From: Epithemia pelagica
Taxonomy: Eukaryota > Protista > Bacillariophyta
Direction of reading: 5' to 3'
Assembly: GCA_946965045.2 (NCBI GenBank)
Contig: CAMPTO020000005.1
Coordinates: 15,815 to 79,814, forward strand
Length of the DNA: 64,000 nucleotides
Below are positions 46,451 through 58,825 of the stretch, in pieces (the first letter of the stretch is position 1; each line of letters starts with the position of its first letter). Both the position numbers and the translations under genes were made by a program. Under the pieces are notes generated by a model. The model was not told the origin of the DNA and searched no databases. It saw nothing but the letters and a program-made list of their open reading frames with translations.

Positions 46451-47384
46451 ACGCAACGAGTTCAAGACGGCCAATCCCTTGGTTGCATATTTGGTGAACC
46501 ATTTCAACGTCACCGACCTCCTTCATGCGATGCGTGGCTATCAACGGGCCTCCCAAGAGAAGATGGCTGCCAATGCACAGTCCCAGGCCAAGTCCCGCAA
46601 TCCTCGCGATGATTCCACTTCTCGTGGTTCTACGAAGCGTTTTCGCTCCTCTAATGGTGGCCGTGGCGGTCTCCGCGGCGGCAATCGCCAGTCTAATGGT
46701 GGACGTCAAGCGTCCGGTGATCGTCCCGTCAATGACGGCAATGCCTGTCCGTACAAGGACGCGATTCCTTCGCACGCCAATCATACTTGGGCCAACTGCA
46801 TCTACAACCCGCAGTCCTCCAATTTTAACCAAGAGCGTTTCAACGCCTTTCTTGCCCGTACCGGGTCTGGTCTTCGTACCCCTACTGGGTCTCACCCCAA
46901 CAATGGTTCTCAGAACCAAGGCCGTAACGGCCAAGGCTCTCGTAGCCAGGGAACTCCCTCATCTGGAGGATCGCGCCCTATTGGTTCCAGTTGGGGCGCT
47001 GTTCCCCGTCGTTCTGGATCTGGCTCAGACCAGCATGCCTCTGAAGGCACCAACACAGGCGACAATCCACCGGTTGATCCGTTGTTGGCCGAGCCGTTGC
47101 CTTCTGTGCAAGACGCGGCCTATCGTGCTCGTCAACGTCCTCTCGCTGATACTCGTGATTGGTCGAGTCTCCGCAATGCCGATCAAACGGTCCCCGGTAT
47201 GTGCTCTTCTTCCTTTTTTACCTCATCCTCTCCGGATATTTCTCATCATCTTGATGTTCTTTTTGCTCAGCAATGTCACATCCAGACTGGCCCTCCACAG
47301 GCTATGCCGGCCGAGAATGCCATCCTCAGGCCCCAATTCTCGAGGTCCGCGAACAATTGTTCAAGATCTACGGGCGTAACATAG
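46451..47384 (+). pseudogene. gag: Ty3/Gypsy gag, C-terminal half
   Basis: RNEFKTANPLVAYL..DLLHAMRGYQ followed by a basic Gly/Arg/Asn-rich region and the zinc-knuckle-like CPYKDAIPSHANHTWANCIYNP; lies directly upstream of pol. Confidence 0.75.
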
Positions 47385-47636
47385 ATATCGCCCACATCTA
47401 CGACTTGTCCTCCCCTGAAGGCAACGACGAATACTGTCGCTTCCCCTTGTCTTAAAAACTGTCCCAATCCTACGGATGCTGTCATCGCTGACATCGTTGA
47501 TCCCAATAATGGTTTTTTATCTAACCTAGATCACTATGAAGATGTCTACTCATCTAGTTCTGTCTCTGACGCTCCTAGTTTATCTAGTCCCCTTTCGGTC
47601 GCTCCCTCTGAGCCTCCGTCTGTTCCCCTCACCATT

Positions 47637-49370
47637 TTGATGGCTCGGTCCATTGGTGGAGTCGAGAACACCGTCCCGTTGCGTGCCCTGCTCGATTCAG
47701 GCGCCGACAAGACGATCCTGCACGCGCGCTGTCTTCAGCCCGGCATGCATCCACGTGTAACCAATCGGTCTGTCAATACCACCATGGGTACGCGCGACCA
47801 CGTCTCCGAGATTCTTCTCGAAGATTTGGTTCTCCCCGAGTTTTCTCGGACCAAACACATTTCATACCCCCTTTGGGCCGACATTTTTGATGCCCCCAAT
47901 TGTCGTTATGACATCATTATTGGCCGCGATCTCTTGCGTCGCTTGGGCATTGTGCTCAATTTCAACACTGGTCTCACAACTTGGGACTCAGTTGATGTCG
48001 CTATGCGCCACCGCGATTCATTCGCCACAGACCAGACATTCATGTCTCATTTCATCGACATCTTTGCCGACGATCCCATTATTGGTGACCAATTCCTCTT
48101 GGATTCGAACTACGTTCCTACGGATCTACAAGAGTTGATTGACAAACAGAATCATCTTACCGATGCCCAAAAGCAAGATCTTCTTGCTATTTGGCAAGAC
48201 TGTGGCAAAATCTTCGATGGAGAGCTCCGTGAATATCCGGACCGAACACTCCATCTTCATCTCAAGCCTGATGCCCAGCCTGTCCATCATCGTCACTTTT
48301 CAGTGCCCCGCAATATACATGATACCTTCACAAAGGAGCTGTGGCGCTTCGTCGACATCGGCATCCTAGAGCGCGTCGGTTCTACCGAATGGGCTGCTCC
48401 TCACTTCGCCATTCCCAAAAAGGATGGTCGAATCCGAATGATTTCGGACTTTCGTTCTCTGAACGCCCAACTTTATCGTCGGGTCTATCCGTTCCCTCGT
48501 ATCGAGGATATGCTCCGAAAACGGAAAGGCTACAAGTATTTTACGAAACTTGACATTTCTATGTGTTTCTATACGTTCAAGCTCGATGAAGAGTCAAGCA
48601 ATCTTTGCGTCATTACCACGCCTTTTGGCAAATTTCGTTACCGTCGTTTGCCGATGGGTGTTAAACAGTCTCCTGACTTCTGTCAAGAGATCACGGAAGA
48701 AGTCCTCAAGGACTTCAGCGACCATGTCGAAGTCTATATCGACGACATTGGCATCTTCTCCAATTCTTGGAAAGAACATGTGGACATCCTGTCCAAAGTT
48801 CTCCAACGTCTTCAAGACAAGAACTTCTCCATCACCCCTTCCAAATGTGAATGGGCCGTTAAAGAAACGGAATGGCTCGGCCTTTGGCTTACGCCCACTG
48901 GGATAAAACCCTGGAAAAAGAAGATCTCAGCCATCCTGGCATTGGCTCCGCCAAAAACCATGAAAGAACTTCGTTCCTTCATTGGCATGATCAATTTCTA
49001 TCGCCACATGTATCCGCAACGATCTCATATTCTTGCTCCCCTCACATCCATTACGGGTAACAAAACCCTCGTTTGGTCCCCGCAATGTCAACGTGCTTTC
49101 GAACAAGCCAAGTCCATGCTCGCACATGATGCCTTCCTTCGATATCCCGACCATAACCTTCCCTTCCATGTCTATGTGGACGCCTCTGATTACCAGCTTG
49201 GTGCTGTAATCATGCAACAAGACGTTCCTGTCGCTTATTACTCTCGCAAGTTAAACCCTGCTCAACGCAACTACACTACGATGGAAAAGGAGTTACTCTC
49301 CATTGTCGAAACCCTTAAGGAGTTCCGCTTCATGCTTCTCGGCTGCGCCAAACTGCACGTCCATACGGAC
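47637..49370 (+). pseudogene. pol: Ty3/Gypsy pol (protease-RT-RNase H), truncated in RNase H; integrase absent
   Basis: ALLDSGAD (aspartyl protease), KKDGRIRMISDFRSLN, FTKLDISMCFY, YIDDIGIF (RT), VYVDASDYQLGAV and EKELLSIVETLKEF (RNase H). Homology breaks at VHTD|LRIF where VHTDHKNL is expected. Confidence 0.95.
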
Positions 49371-49971
49371 CTAAGGATATTTGCCTTTTTGGGGTGTCTT
49401 TAGTACTAGACACCGTAGGATTTGAACGTGTGCATATGAGCACAAGGGGCTATAGTATCTGTGCATATGAGCACTGATATATATGCCTTTTGTTGCAAAA
49501 GAGCACTGCCCCTTGTGCAGATGAGCACAGAATGTCTGTGCCCCGCTCAAGTCTAATTTCTAAGCACTCATATTCAGTATGAGTCCTAAATTTCATTGAT
49601 TACTAACCATTACGTCTAAGGGCAGCGTCACGCGCCCCCAAAACGCACACCCCATACGCGCCGTCGGCATGCGCCATTTTTCGTACCCGGTTTTTTTATA
49701 CGGATTTACACCATTTTGACTAATCCCCCCCACCACCACGCACATACAACATCATACACATTCACGGCGACCCTAGCTTCCACGCACGCACACTCCCATC
49801 TTCCACGCACAGAGAACTTACTTTCTAAGCACACTGACCTTGCCCTCCACGTCCAAAACACTCTGAACACAAAGTACCAACCTCATCGGAACAAGGCATC
49901 TATACACCCTCTCTACAGGTGCAATAACACAAGGGCAAACCCCCAATCTCTCCTATCCCATTCTCCAATGA

Positions 49972-50167
49972 CACCAGCAGAAGCCACTCACCTTTTGCAT
50001 CCCATGCTCCGAAAGCACCAGCGGAAGCCACACACCATTAGCATCCCATGCTCCGAAAGCACTGGCAGAAGCCACCCATCTTTTGCATCTCAGGCACCGA
50101 AAGCACCGGCAGAAGCCACCCACCTTTTGCATCTCAGGCTCCAAAAGCACCAGCAGAAGCCACACAC
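49972..50167. repeat. 44-bp minisatellite, ~4.5 copies
   Basis: Unit approximately AGAAGCCACTCACCTTTTGCATCCCATGCTCCGAAAGCACCAGC. Confidence 0.85.
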
Positions 50168-50252
50168 TTATGGTAACTCATTTCACAACACAATCGATAC
50201 CATCCACAGAAGAATGTGAAAACATGCACAGAAGCTAATGAAGAGATACTAT

Positions 50253-51594
50253 TTAAAAAAAACAGAGTCCGTGCTTCCTCCGCTTTTTCTGCTGCGATTG
50301 ATCTTGATCAGCACTGTCCACATATCCCATCCTCTCCCGATGTTTCTTAAGAAGATTCTCCATGAACACATTTTGTCTCTGAAACAGTCCATCAACTGAT
50401 ACATATTCTCGATCATCCCTCACCTTCTGCTGCAATTCATCAAGACGATCAAGGCCAATATCACTCATACCACGTCCCTTTTTGTTTGCACAACCTGAAT
50501 ACTTGTATTGTTCTACTCCATCTGTATCAATGTCCTCATTAATTTGGTTTGCTTGACACCAAGCAGGGTCTTCTTTGTACAACTTTTGTTTGAACTCTTG
50601 TCTGCTCCTCAGAGCCCATGCATCCCATGAATCTTCAAGAGCCAAGAGAATGAAAGCTTCATCACTTGTAGTAAACTTACTCATCGCTTCCTTCCATATT
50701 ACTTGCTTTTGTGCTTCTGGTGTATTAGCTGTAATATCTTGATTAATGATATCTCTCACCATTCCATCTCCATAAACCGACCCCCCAAATACTTCAAACA
50801 TGAAAACATAAGCATCATTGTCTCCATTCACTCCTCTCATTTGCATCATCTCTTCAAGACTTGGCATAGGACCTAGATTTTCATCGTCAACCAATAACTT
50901 AGGGAATTGTTGCTGAACAATTCCACCACCATGTGTTCTCCATAGATTCAACGAGAAATGTTCTGCCAGGCAGGAAGGCTCATGTTAGAGCAAAACTTTC
51001 CACAAGAATGAGAACAAGATAGCACCAAGACAGTACCGATTTACTCATGAACCTGAACCTTAGCGATTGTAGAACATTTGATCTCTTGCGTCTGAATTCT
51101 TTCCTCAAATGGGGGGAATACCTTTCCCACCACTTTGCCTTAGCCACATCACCAATAATCTTTTCTCGTTCGAAATACGCCTTGAAGTGATCCTTCCCCA
51201 AATGCCATAATCCATTATCATCTGCATCACAATCATCGGCAAGTGAGAAATACTTCACGTACCTCCAAGCAACATCAGGCACAAAAGTCTGGAACTCATC
51301 CGTACGACAAGCTAAGGGTAGATCCTTGTATTTGCTCCTGCTCTTTCTTTGCTGTTCTCTCTTTCTTTCCCTCTTGTCTTCTCTCCTTCTTTCCCTCTCA
51401 CCAGCCGTTGCATTAGCCCCAGAACTCTGACCATCACTAGTACCATAGATAGATGATGCAACCATTGAGCTATCGCCTTCGACTTCCATGGCTACAAGAG
51501 ATGATGACGACCAAGAGAGATCAGAAAGTGAGGAAACATCATCCATCCAGAAGTCCACATCTTTTTTGATTGTACATTTCCAAACCCACATCAA
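50253..51594 (-). CDS. Transposon accessory protein of unknown function (SDEAF-motif family), spliced
   Basis: ORFs 50980-51594 and 50253-50951 join in frame via intron 51044-50963 (GTAAAT...CTAAC...GGCAG), giving ..RFRFMKHFSLNLWRTHGG... Motifs FTTSDEAFILLALEDSWDAW and GMSDIGLDRLDELQQKVRDDR. 5' end unresolved. Confidence 0.65.
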
Positions 51595-51662
51595 CCCAGA
51601 TTAGAGTTCCACTCTAACCAGTAAATACCGATAGGGCACAAACAAAACAAAGGAAGTACACC

Positions 51663-52586
51663 TTACTTACAAACGCGACTGACTCCTCCACCACCACCAC
51701 CACCACCACCACCCATAACCTCTTCCATAATATTTTCAACATCTTGGTGCGACATTACAGTCACACCACCATTGTCATTAGCTGCGCACTCAATATTATT
51801 TGTATCCATATGGTGCATCTGTGTTTGCTGTGGTTGGTGAACACCAACGCCTCCTTGCATCAGAACGCCCCCATTGGGTGGGTATGGGACAGACATCATC
51901 TGCTGTTGTGGGTATCCTTGATGCACCATTATACCAGTTCCTTGTTGTGGATAAATCGTAGATGATGAGGCCACCGGGAAATGATGATGTTGTTGCCCCC
52001 CAAGAGGAGCTTGGGAATAATTGAACTGTGTATGGACCTGATGTTGTTGTTGCCCTTGAGGAAGAAATGACAACACCGATGGATTTGGTTGCTGGTGAGG
52101 ATAAGGATGGGTATGATTCGGATATGGAGCAACTCCATTCGCATTATAAGGAACTCGTTGACCATGGTCGACTCCATTCATAACAGCAGTATTGTGTTCG
52201 GATTCCATAGGTGCTCCTGTATTAGTAACACCACGGGTTCTTGTACAGCTCATGGTACTACCTTGGTCCTGGGATTCGTTGGATGAAGCTCCCCGTCCTC
52301 CTCTTTCCTGAAATATTACCTGACTCTTTTCAGATACGGATCCTGAATCCTCTTGGTTACGGTCATCATTGCTATTCTTGTTGTTGACATCTCTGATCGT
52401 TATTTCTTCGTCGTCTGTTTCATCATCGGTACTGCTTTCTCCAGCATCTTTGCCACCAGATAAACCGTGGAACGCTGAATTCTTACTGCTTTGGTTGTCC
52501 TTTTTATCTTGCTTTGGATCACCACAGTGTTGGCTTCCTTGTTTTCTATTCTTGGTCCCCTGGTTTGTTTCAGAATGGGGCGACAT
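51663..52586 (-). CDS. Low-complexity acidic/Gln-His-Pro-rich ORF, possibly the first exon of the accessory gene
   Basis: 307-aa ORF. GTAAGT donor at 51670, but no in-frame acceptor could be assigned. Confidence 0.45.
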   Translation of the reverse strand: MSPHSETNQGTKNRKQGSQHCGDPKQDKKDNQSSKNSAFHGLSGGKDAGESSTDDETDDEEITIRDVNNKNSNDDRNQEDSGSVSEKSQVIFQERGGRGASSNESQDQGSTMSCTRTRGVTNTGAPMESEHNTAVMNGVDHGQRVPYNANGVAPYPNHTHPYPHQQPNPSVLSFLPQGQQQHQVHTQFNYSQAPLGGQQHHHFPVASSSTIYPQQGTGIMVHQGYPQQQMMSVPYPPNGGVLMQGGVGVHQPQQTQMHHMDTNNIECAANDNGGVTVMSHQDVENIMEEVMGGGGGGGGGGVSRVCK

Positions 52587-53014
52587 GACAAGAAGAGTAT
52601 ACCTGATATAAGAAGTGTTGACAATGCAATGAGTTTTGGATGCAACAAGAGGAGAATGTTATGCCAATCCGTTTTCATTGAGGTATTACCTTTTGACTAT
52701 CAACTTTCAAAAGTCGAGCCGTTACACCCGGTTTTTTTTTGAATTGAACCAAATCGACAGGCGACAATTATACATTCAAACGTCCAATGCCACATGGGCA
52801 TTTGTGTTCGTTCCGATCCCATGTACTGATAGACTCATAGTTTATGTGGAATAGTATGGGGGATGGGGGGGGGGGGGGGGGGGGGTAAACCATATCCATC
52901 CACAACCAATGAGAAAGCGAGCCGGGCGACCATAAAATCGAAACCATTCGTGTCAGTCGTCACACTAGCAATGATTCTCATTCCACAAAGACTAAGGACC
53001 ACAAAACCAATACC

Positions 53015-56000
53015 ATGGGCCGTCCTTGTAAACCAAGGTATTTAAGAAATAAACCTTCCGTCATCAAAGATCAATGGGTGGGCGAAGATCCAAATGCGAG
53101 TACAGGTGGTTCCATTCTTCCATGTCGTAAATGTAGAAATTGTCATGTATTATTCCACGTCTCCGGTATCTTCCAACATGAAAGGGTTTGTAATACCAAG
53201 AGAGAAAACGGCACTTTGGTCTCACATGCATTGGAGCACGAATCGTCCATGATATGCCACGAAACTGCTGGAGTCGAGAACAATACCTCTCATGATAAAG
53301 ATCAGGGAAATCATTTAGAAAATGGAGGAACCGATGATAGTGCTGTAGGGATTTCAGAAAATGGAGGTACCGATGATAGTGCTGTAGGGATACCCTGGGC
53401 GGACGATCGAGAAGATGAGGAAAGAGAGGATCTGCAACCCACTACACAAAAACAACCCATCGTGAGAAAGCCATGTCGGAATAGTACAAATATTGCTCAT
53501 TCCTTGCTGTCATCTGAGAATGAGGAAGAATCAGATGAGGACCAAGAAGAGGGACCACCAGCAGATCATGATGATGGGCTCCAACAACCTGTCGATGACA
53601 ATGAGGATGTCCAAGGCAAAGGTTCATCCAGTGATGACCATGTTATCGATGAAAACTCAAAAGACAATCCTTTGGAATTTCCAGTGTATCTTGAACAAAA
53701 TGGTCTCCGATTTTCCGAAGATGACAAGGCTTTATTAAGGTTGGCCATACTCCTCCGGAATGCTGGGTGTCCGAAGTTCATGCTCGATGCCATTTTGGCA
53801 TGGATTGATTCTACTAACGAGTGTTGTGGCTCACGTTTTTTCAATAAAAAACATCCACGGCGAAAGAGATTCATGGCGAAATTCGAAAAAAGAGGTTTCG
53901 ATTTCCCCAAACCAAAGATTGTCACCGTCCCAATGGAAGTTACAACCAAAAAGGATATAATCATTCCAGACAGCGAGAAGTCCGTTGATACCGTTATATT
54001 TGATTTTGTGCATCAACTTCGACGTGTCTTGCAAGATCCTGAAGCCACTTCCAAGGATAAAACAATATTATGTGATGACGACCCGTATCGCCCTTATATA
54101 CCGAATAAATGTCTCGAAAACATACAAGATGGCCATGTTTTTGCCAACGTACCGTACGGAAATACAGACATGACAACGATACTTTCGTTGTTGGTTTATT
54201 GTCTTATATGGATAAGACACACGCGACGGGGGATGGTCGGTTTAATGCGGAACCAGTTGTTATGGTACCTTCATTTTTGACGATGTCTGAAATGCCAAAA
54301 CCGAATAGACAAATCATCTTAGGGTTGATCACAGATATGGAACGGAAGTCATCTGCGGCCAAATACATCTTGGAAAGGGGGTCCCTCTGTCGGAATTATC
54401 ATGCACAGCTCTCGCGAATACACCAAGCTCTTTTGAAGATACAGAATCGAGGTGGATTGCGGATGCGATTACGGATCCATGGGATCGAGAAGGTGGTGAG
54501 ATTAGTATTACCCGTGATCATGATAAAGGGAGATGCGAAGTCACAAGATAACATCGCAGGAAGATATGCATCTCATCATCAAAGTGTTGGCCGGCTTGTT
54601 TGGCAGTGTGATTGCACACCTCGGGAGTCTAGATACCCATGGTCCACATGCAACTACCTCTTCAAAAACCCTATCCATTTCAGAAGCCTCCGTGTGCTTG
54701 GTTTAGAAAAACCATCAGGAAACCCAGTAGTTATCGATTCTGGACAACCCGGTATAGATGATCCAAGAGAGGATCCTTGGAGAGAACCTGTGAACAATTC
54801 CAAGAAAATTTTACATCAGATTGGACAATACCCAGTGAACAACATCTACAACCATTTGTATTTGGGTGAGGGTGTTAATAAAACACATGGGATTTTTACC
54901 GCAGCATGTTGTGATGTATTACATACTTTGAAATCGGGGATCATGAAATATATCATGACTGATTTCTTTGCTCTGATGACAATGAGAGAAAAAGCCATGT
55001 TTGATTTCTTGTACAGCTCTTTCTTCTGAGCCAACCGGCAGTTGGTATTCTCTTATTCTTCTAGTTGGGGGTACCCCAGAACATCCCTCTCTGCAGGTAT
55101 CAGTAATGTTACAAAGGTAACAGCCAATGAATGGGTTGGTATCATGTTTGTCTCAGCCGCTTTGTGTGTTTCTGTTCGTGGTCATCTTATTTTCGCTTCG
55201 ACTATGGCGGAGAAATGGAAAAAAGTAGTTGCAGAGTGGAAACAATGATGCAAAGAAGAAGAAGAGAGACGAAAGAAAAAGGAAGAAGAGAAAGAACAGA
55301 AGAGAAAGAAAAAACAATTAGAAAAAAAAAGAAAAAACGACAACGAATGGGCGCTGGACAAAACAACGTATCCTCTACCAACAATAAACGTCAACGACAA
55401 TCGAAAAAGAAACGGGTTGTGCACCACAGTATCGCTGATGATTCATCCGATTCGGATGAGAATGACTTATCTGTGGATGATAGGAACGAAGAAATAACCA
55501 CAAATATCAACGACAATCTGCCCGGTCATGTACAGGAAAATGAAGATTACCAATATTGTGAACCTGACATTGAGGTACAGGTTACGAGCGAAACAGTATT
55601 CGACGATGACCCTGTGGCATATGCATCAATCTGGGATGAAGGTGAGCGGGAACCATATCTGGATTTTCTCTTCCTGTTTGAGACAATACTCTGTTTCAAC
55701 AACTGGACAAGGATGGATAGATTTTGGGATAGCGACCCACGTTCTCCTGCCGCGAAGGAAACAGCGCAACGATCAGTTGAATCTGTCAAGATAATGATGG
55801 ATGGTATACGGCGGTATGCACCACGATTGGATAAAAAAGGGAAACTGATGTGCAATGGTTGGATGATCCCAAAATACCACAACTTGGTACATATAGTTTG
55901 ACAGGTGTCCAATTTCGGCCCAGTTAAAATATCGGACACTGAATCAGAGGCGAGTAACCACAAAGAAATCGTCAAACTGAATGCCAAAACAGTACAAAAA

Positions 56001-57146
56001 CGGGGTAAGGGTGTCTTCGACAGTCAACTTGGTGATAATATACGGCAGATGCAGGCATGGGATCTGCTCTGTAAAGCATCTGGGATCAAACAAGATGACG
56101 TGGAGCTACTAAAAAATGGTCAATCTCCAACCCTTGCTGCAAGGAAAAAAAGAAGTCAAGTGTATCATAATCATGAGAATGATGACGAGGAAAATGAAGA
56201 AGATAGATGTAAATTCAAGGGGCGAGGGACAACAATACAAATCCAATTGGTCAGATCTGGACGGACAGAGAGCCCCGTGGTCAAGTGTACTTACAAGTAT
56301 ATTTCGAAAACAAATACCGGTATGATCCTCCCAAAAGTAATCCTTGACTTTCTGGTGAAACATGCAGGTGCACTCTTCACACAAATGAATATAATACAAC
56401 AGAATGACACAAGTGATTACATCATGATCCATGGGTGTACAGAGGTCAAATTCAGGGACGAAAACATAGGTGGTATCCGATGTCATCCGAATTTCCAAAG
56501 TGAGGGTCCTTGGAGAGACTGGGTGAGAGCATGGATCCCACGACACCAGCGTACACCATTCACTGACACTGCAACAGGTAATCAGGGAACAGACAATATC
56601 TTGGTACTCTGTCAGGTTTTATGCTTCATACGCAGACCATGGGAACAACGGGAAAGTGCTGGTTTCATGCAAGAACAGGGAAATGATCCTCGTACATCAA
56701 GAATCCACCAAGAAAATCCGAGAGATGTCACACATGCTTTACTACGAACCACTTATTGTCGTAGTGACAAGGATAAAGAGAAGTCCTCCGTCCTTTTCAT
56801 TCGATGGAGCAAGGCCTTTACCCGGAATTCCCGCGTTCCCGATCTTGTAGTGGTTCCTTTCACCAATATATTTGAATTGGTAGGAGTGATCGATGAAAAC
56901 CCGGAAATGATCCAACACCGAGATAAGGTACCGGAATACCTGTATTCTGATGCGGAAAGAGAAATATTGCTTGAATATACTCGGAATCACAGGAACTATT
57001 CCGATATTGTATGGGAGGTACTTCCTGCCAGTAAATGGGCCAAGGAGTTCAATGACTCAGCAAGTGATTCGTTGAGAGCAAGATATACATCTTCATCAGA
57101 TCCTTCACAAACAACAACAACAGATCGTAACACTGCTGGATCATGA
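53015..57146 (+). pseudogene. Plavaka-like transposase with N-terminal zinc finger, disrupted
   Basis: Consecutive fragments: CRNCHVLFHVSGIFQHERVC; FDFVHQLRRVLQDP; LLSYMDKTH..GRFNAEPV; RNYHAQLSRI; KGDAKSQDNIAGRY..CDC; CDVLHTLKSGIMKY; YPRT..GISNVTKVTANEWVG; PKYHNLVH; NFGP..DTESEASNHK; CHPNFQSEGPWRDWV. Frameshifts near 54150 and 55325; in-frame TGA at 55027, 55246 and 55899. Confidence 0.75.
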
Positions 57147-57728
57147 AGGTGTCAGTGAAAGTTGTTCTGTATAACCAATGGGGGGGGGGTGGGGGTGGGG
57201 GTGGGGGTGGTGGTTTCCAACCACCAACAAAGGTCATGGGGGATGTCCGAGTGGTATCCATACTATTTATTTCAGAGAAGTGGTCCCAAAAATATACTCC
57301 CCAATATGTCGGAGTGGTACTCCGTTTATTAAAAAGAGTGACACGTGATGAGGGATAGTATGAGATAGATGTCCATGTGGTATCCACAAACGGCAGCCGA
57401 CCCATTATTCTTCATAAAAAAACAAAGACATCTTAGTAGATGTCTCGTCTCTTCTTTTTCTTGAATGTGAAAGGTTCATTCTGTTTGATCATCAAGTAAT
57501 CATTTTTACACAAGCGGTGAGATAATACTCTCTGGCTTAAGCAATGTTGAGCAATCCATACAAAAAACCACGCACCATGACGAACCCATACAACAAACGC
57601 CAAAAACCACAAAGTACCAAACCACAAAACAAGGGGGACTTAGTGAAAGCCGTGGAAACAATCTTCATCCAGAAGAAACCCAGTTCCAAAATGACGGCGA
57701 CATCACATTTCTCGAGGATTTATTTCAA

Positions 57729-58814
57729 TTGAGAGAAGAGAAATTCCAGAAAGAGAACAAAGGACATCACAAAAATAACAACAGCAACCACGTCGGTGAA
57801 TTGGCACCACGAGTAGGAGATGTCAGCTCTCCTGAACCAAGTATATCCGTCGAAGGGCATCACGAGAAAACAGAGTCTCCAAAGAAAACAGAGACTCCTG
57901 GTAACGTTGTTGTACCACCATCCATTCCCGATACAACTATCGTTCCTCATACTAATCCCAAGAAAACGGTCATTCGCAATCCATATGCGGTCAAAAGCCG
58001 TATCATTGACCCCTCTGTGGTCACTGCGAAATTTAAGATAATACCATTGGCTCCGGAATCACCGAGTTATTCTGATCGAGTCGGTGACCGAGATGCAGAC
58101 TTTCACCCTGAAGTGGTTAAGTTCACCAGACTTGCCAACGAGGTATTGGGTTCTACAGAGAATATAGCAGATGCCATTTGTCCAGTTTGTTTGTTTCAAG
58201 ATAACCCATCAACCGATCGGTATCTAACAGGAAAATTCTGGCATCCTTTTGGTACTACTCACCGGTGCCGTGACCATTGTTACGGTTGTGGGGTACATTG
58301 TGATGTATGCGAAACAGGCGGCAATGAATACAAATGCCGATAATGCATTTTCGACCACGATGGGAAACTCCATGATAAACTTGTGGATTGCACATGTACT
58401 TATGTTCCAATCATATGTAAGGGTTGCCTCCGACCATGCAATTCAAATGGAGAATGTGTCAGTATTCGGGTCTGTTGGAAGTCCAACAATAAATATTTCA
58501 TATGGCGTTTCTGTATGATCGTTCGAAGAGCCTTACTCTTGAATCAATGCAGGCCTGACCTGACTTCTGGGGTAGGAGGGATACCCCGATACACACAGGT
58601 GGTCATAGTCAAAGCAGTTCAACAGATGTACAAGGACCTCCGGTACCCCAATGAATCATCACAATTCTCTAGCCCCTTCATACACATGGGAACAGAGGTC
58701 GAGTGGACAAAATGGTTGGTATCAACCTGCTTCGGTCCCTTTTTCAATTACATGGTGTTATTCCGATACTGTTTCCAAGCCATCATGAACCTCAAAGAGA
58801 ATATCGCGACTTAA
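57729..58814 (+). pseudogene. Cys-rich protein (paralog of 42805-43680) with one in-frame TAA
   Basis: ORFs 57729-58343 and 58383-58814 are in the same frame, separated by TAA at 58341-58343. Multiple CxxC pairs (CPVC, CYGC, CDVC, CKGC). Confidence 0.6.
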
Positions 58815-58825
58815 ATTAAAACAGA

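Noticed and set aside
47400-47470. Programmed gag-pol frameshift signal (CTTAAAAAC)
   Set aside because: Not a canonical slippery heptamer, and the element is decayed, so the frame relationships are unreliable.
49716-50219. 167-aa His/Pro-rich ORF
   Set aside because: Largely a translation of the 44-bp minisatellite, with a non-ATG start.
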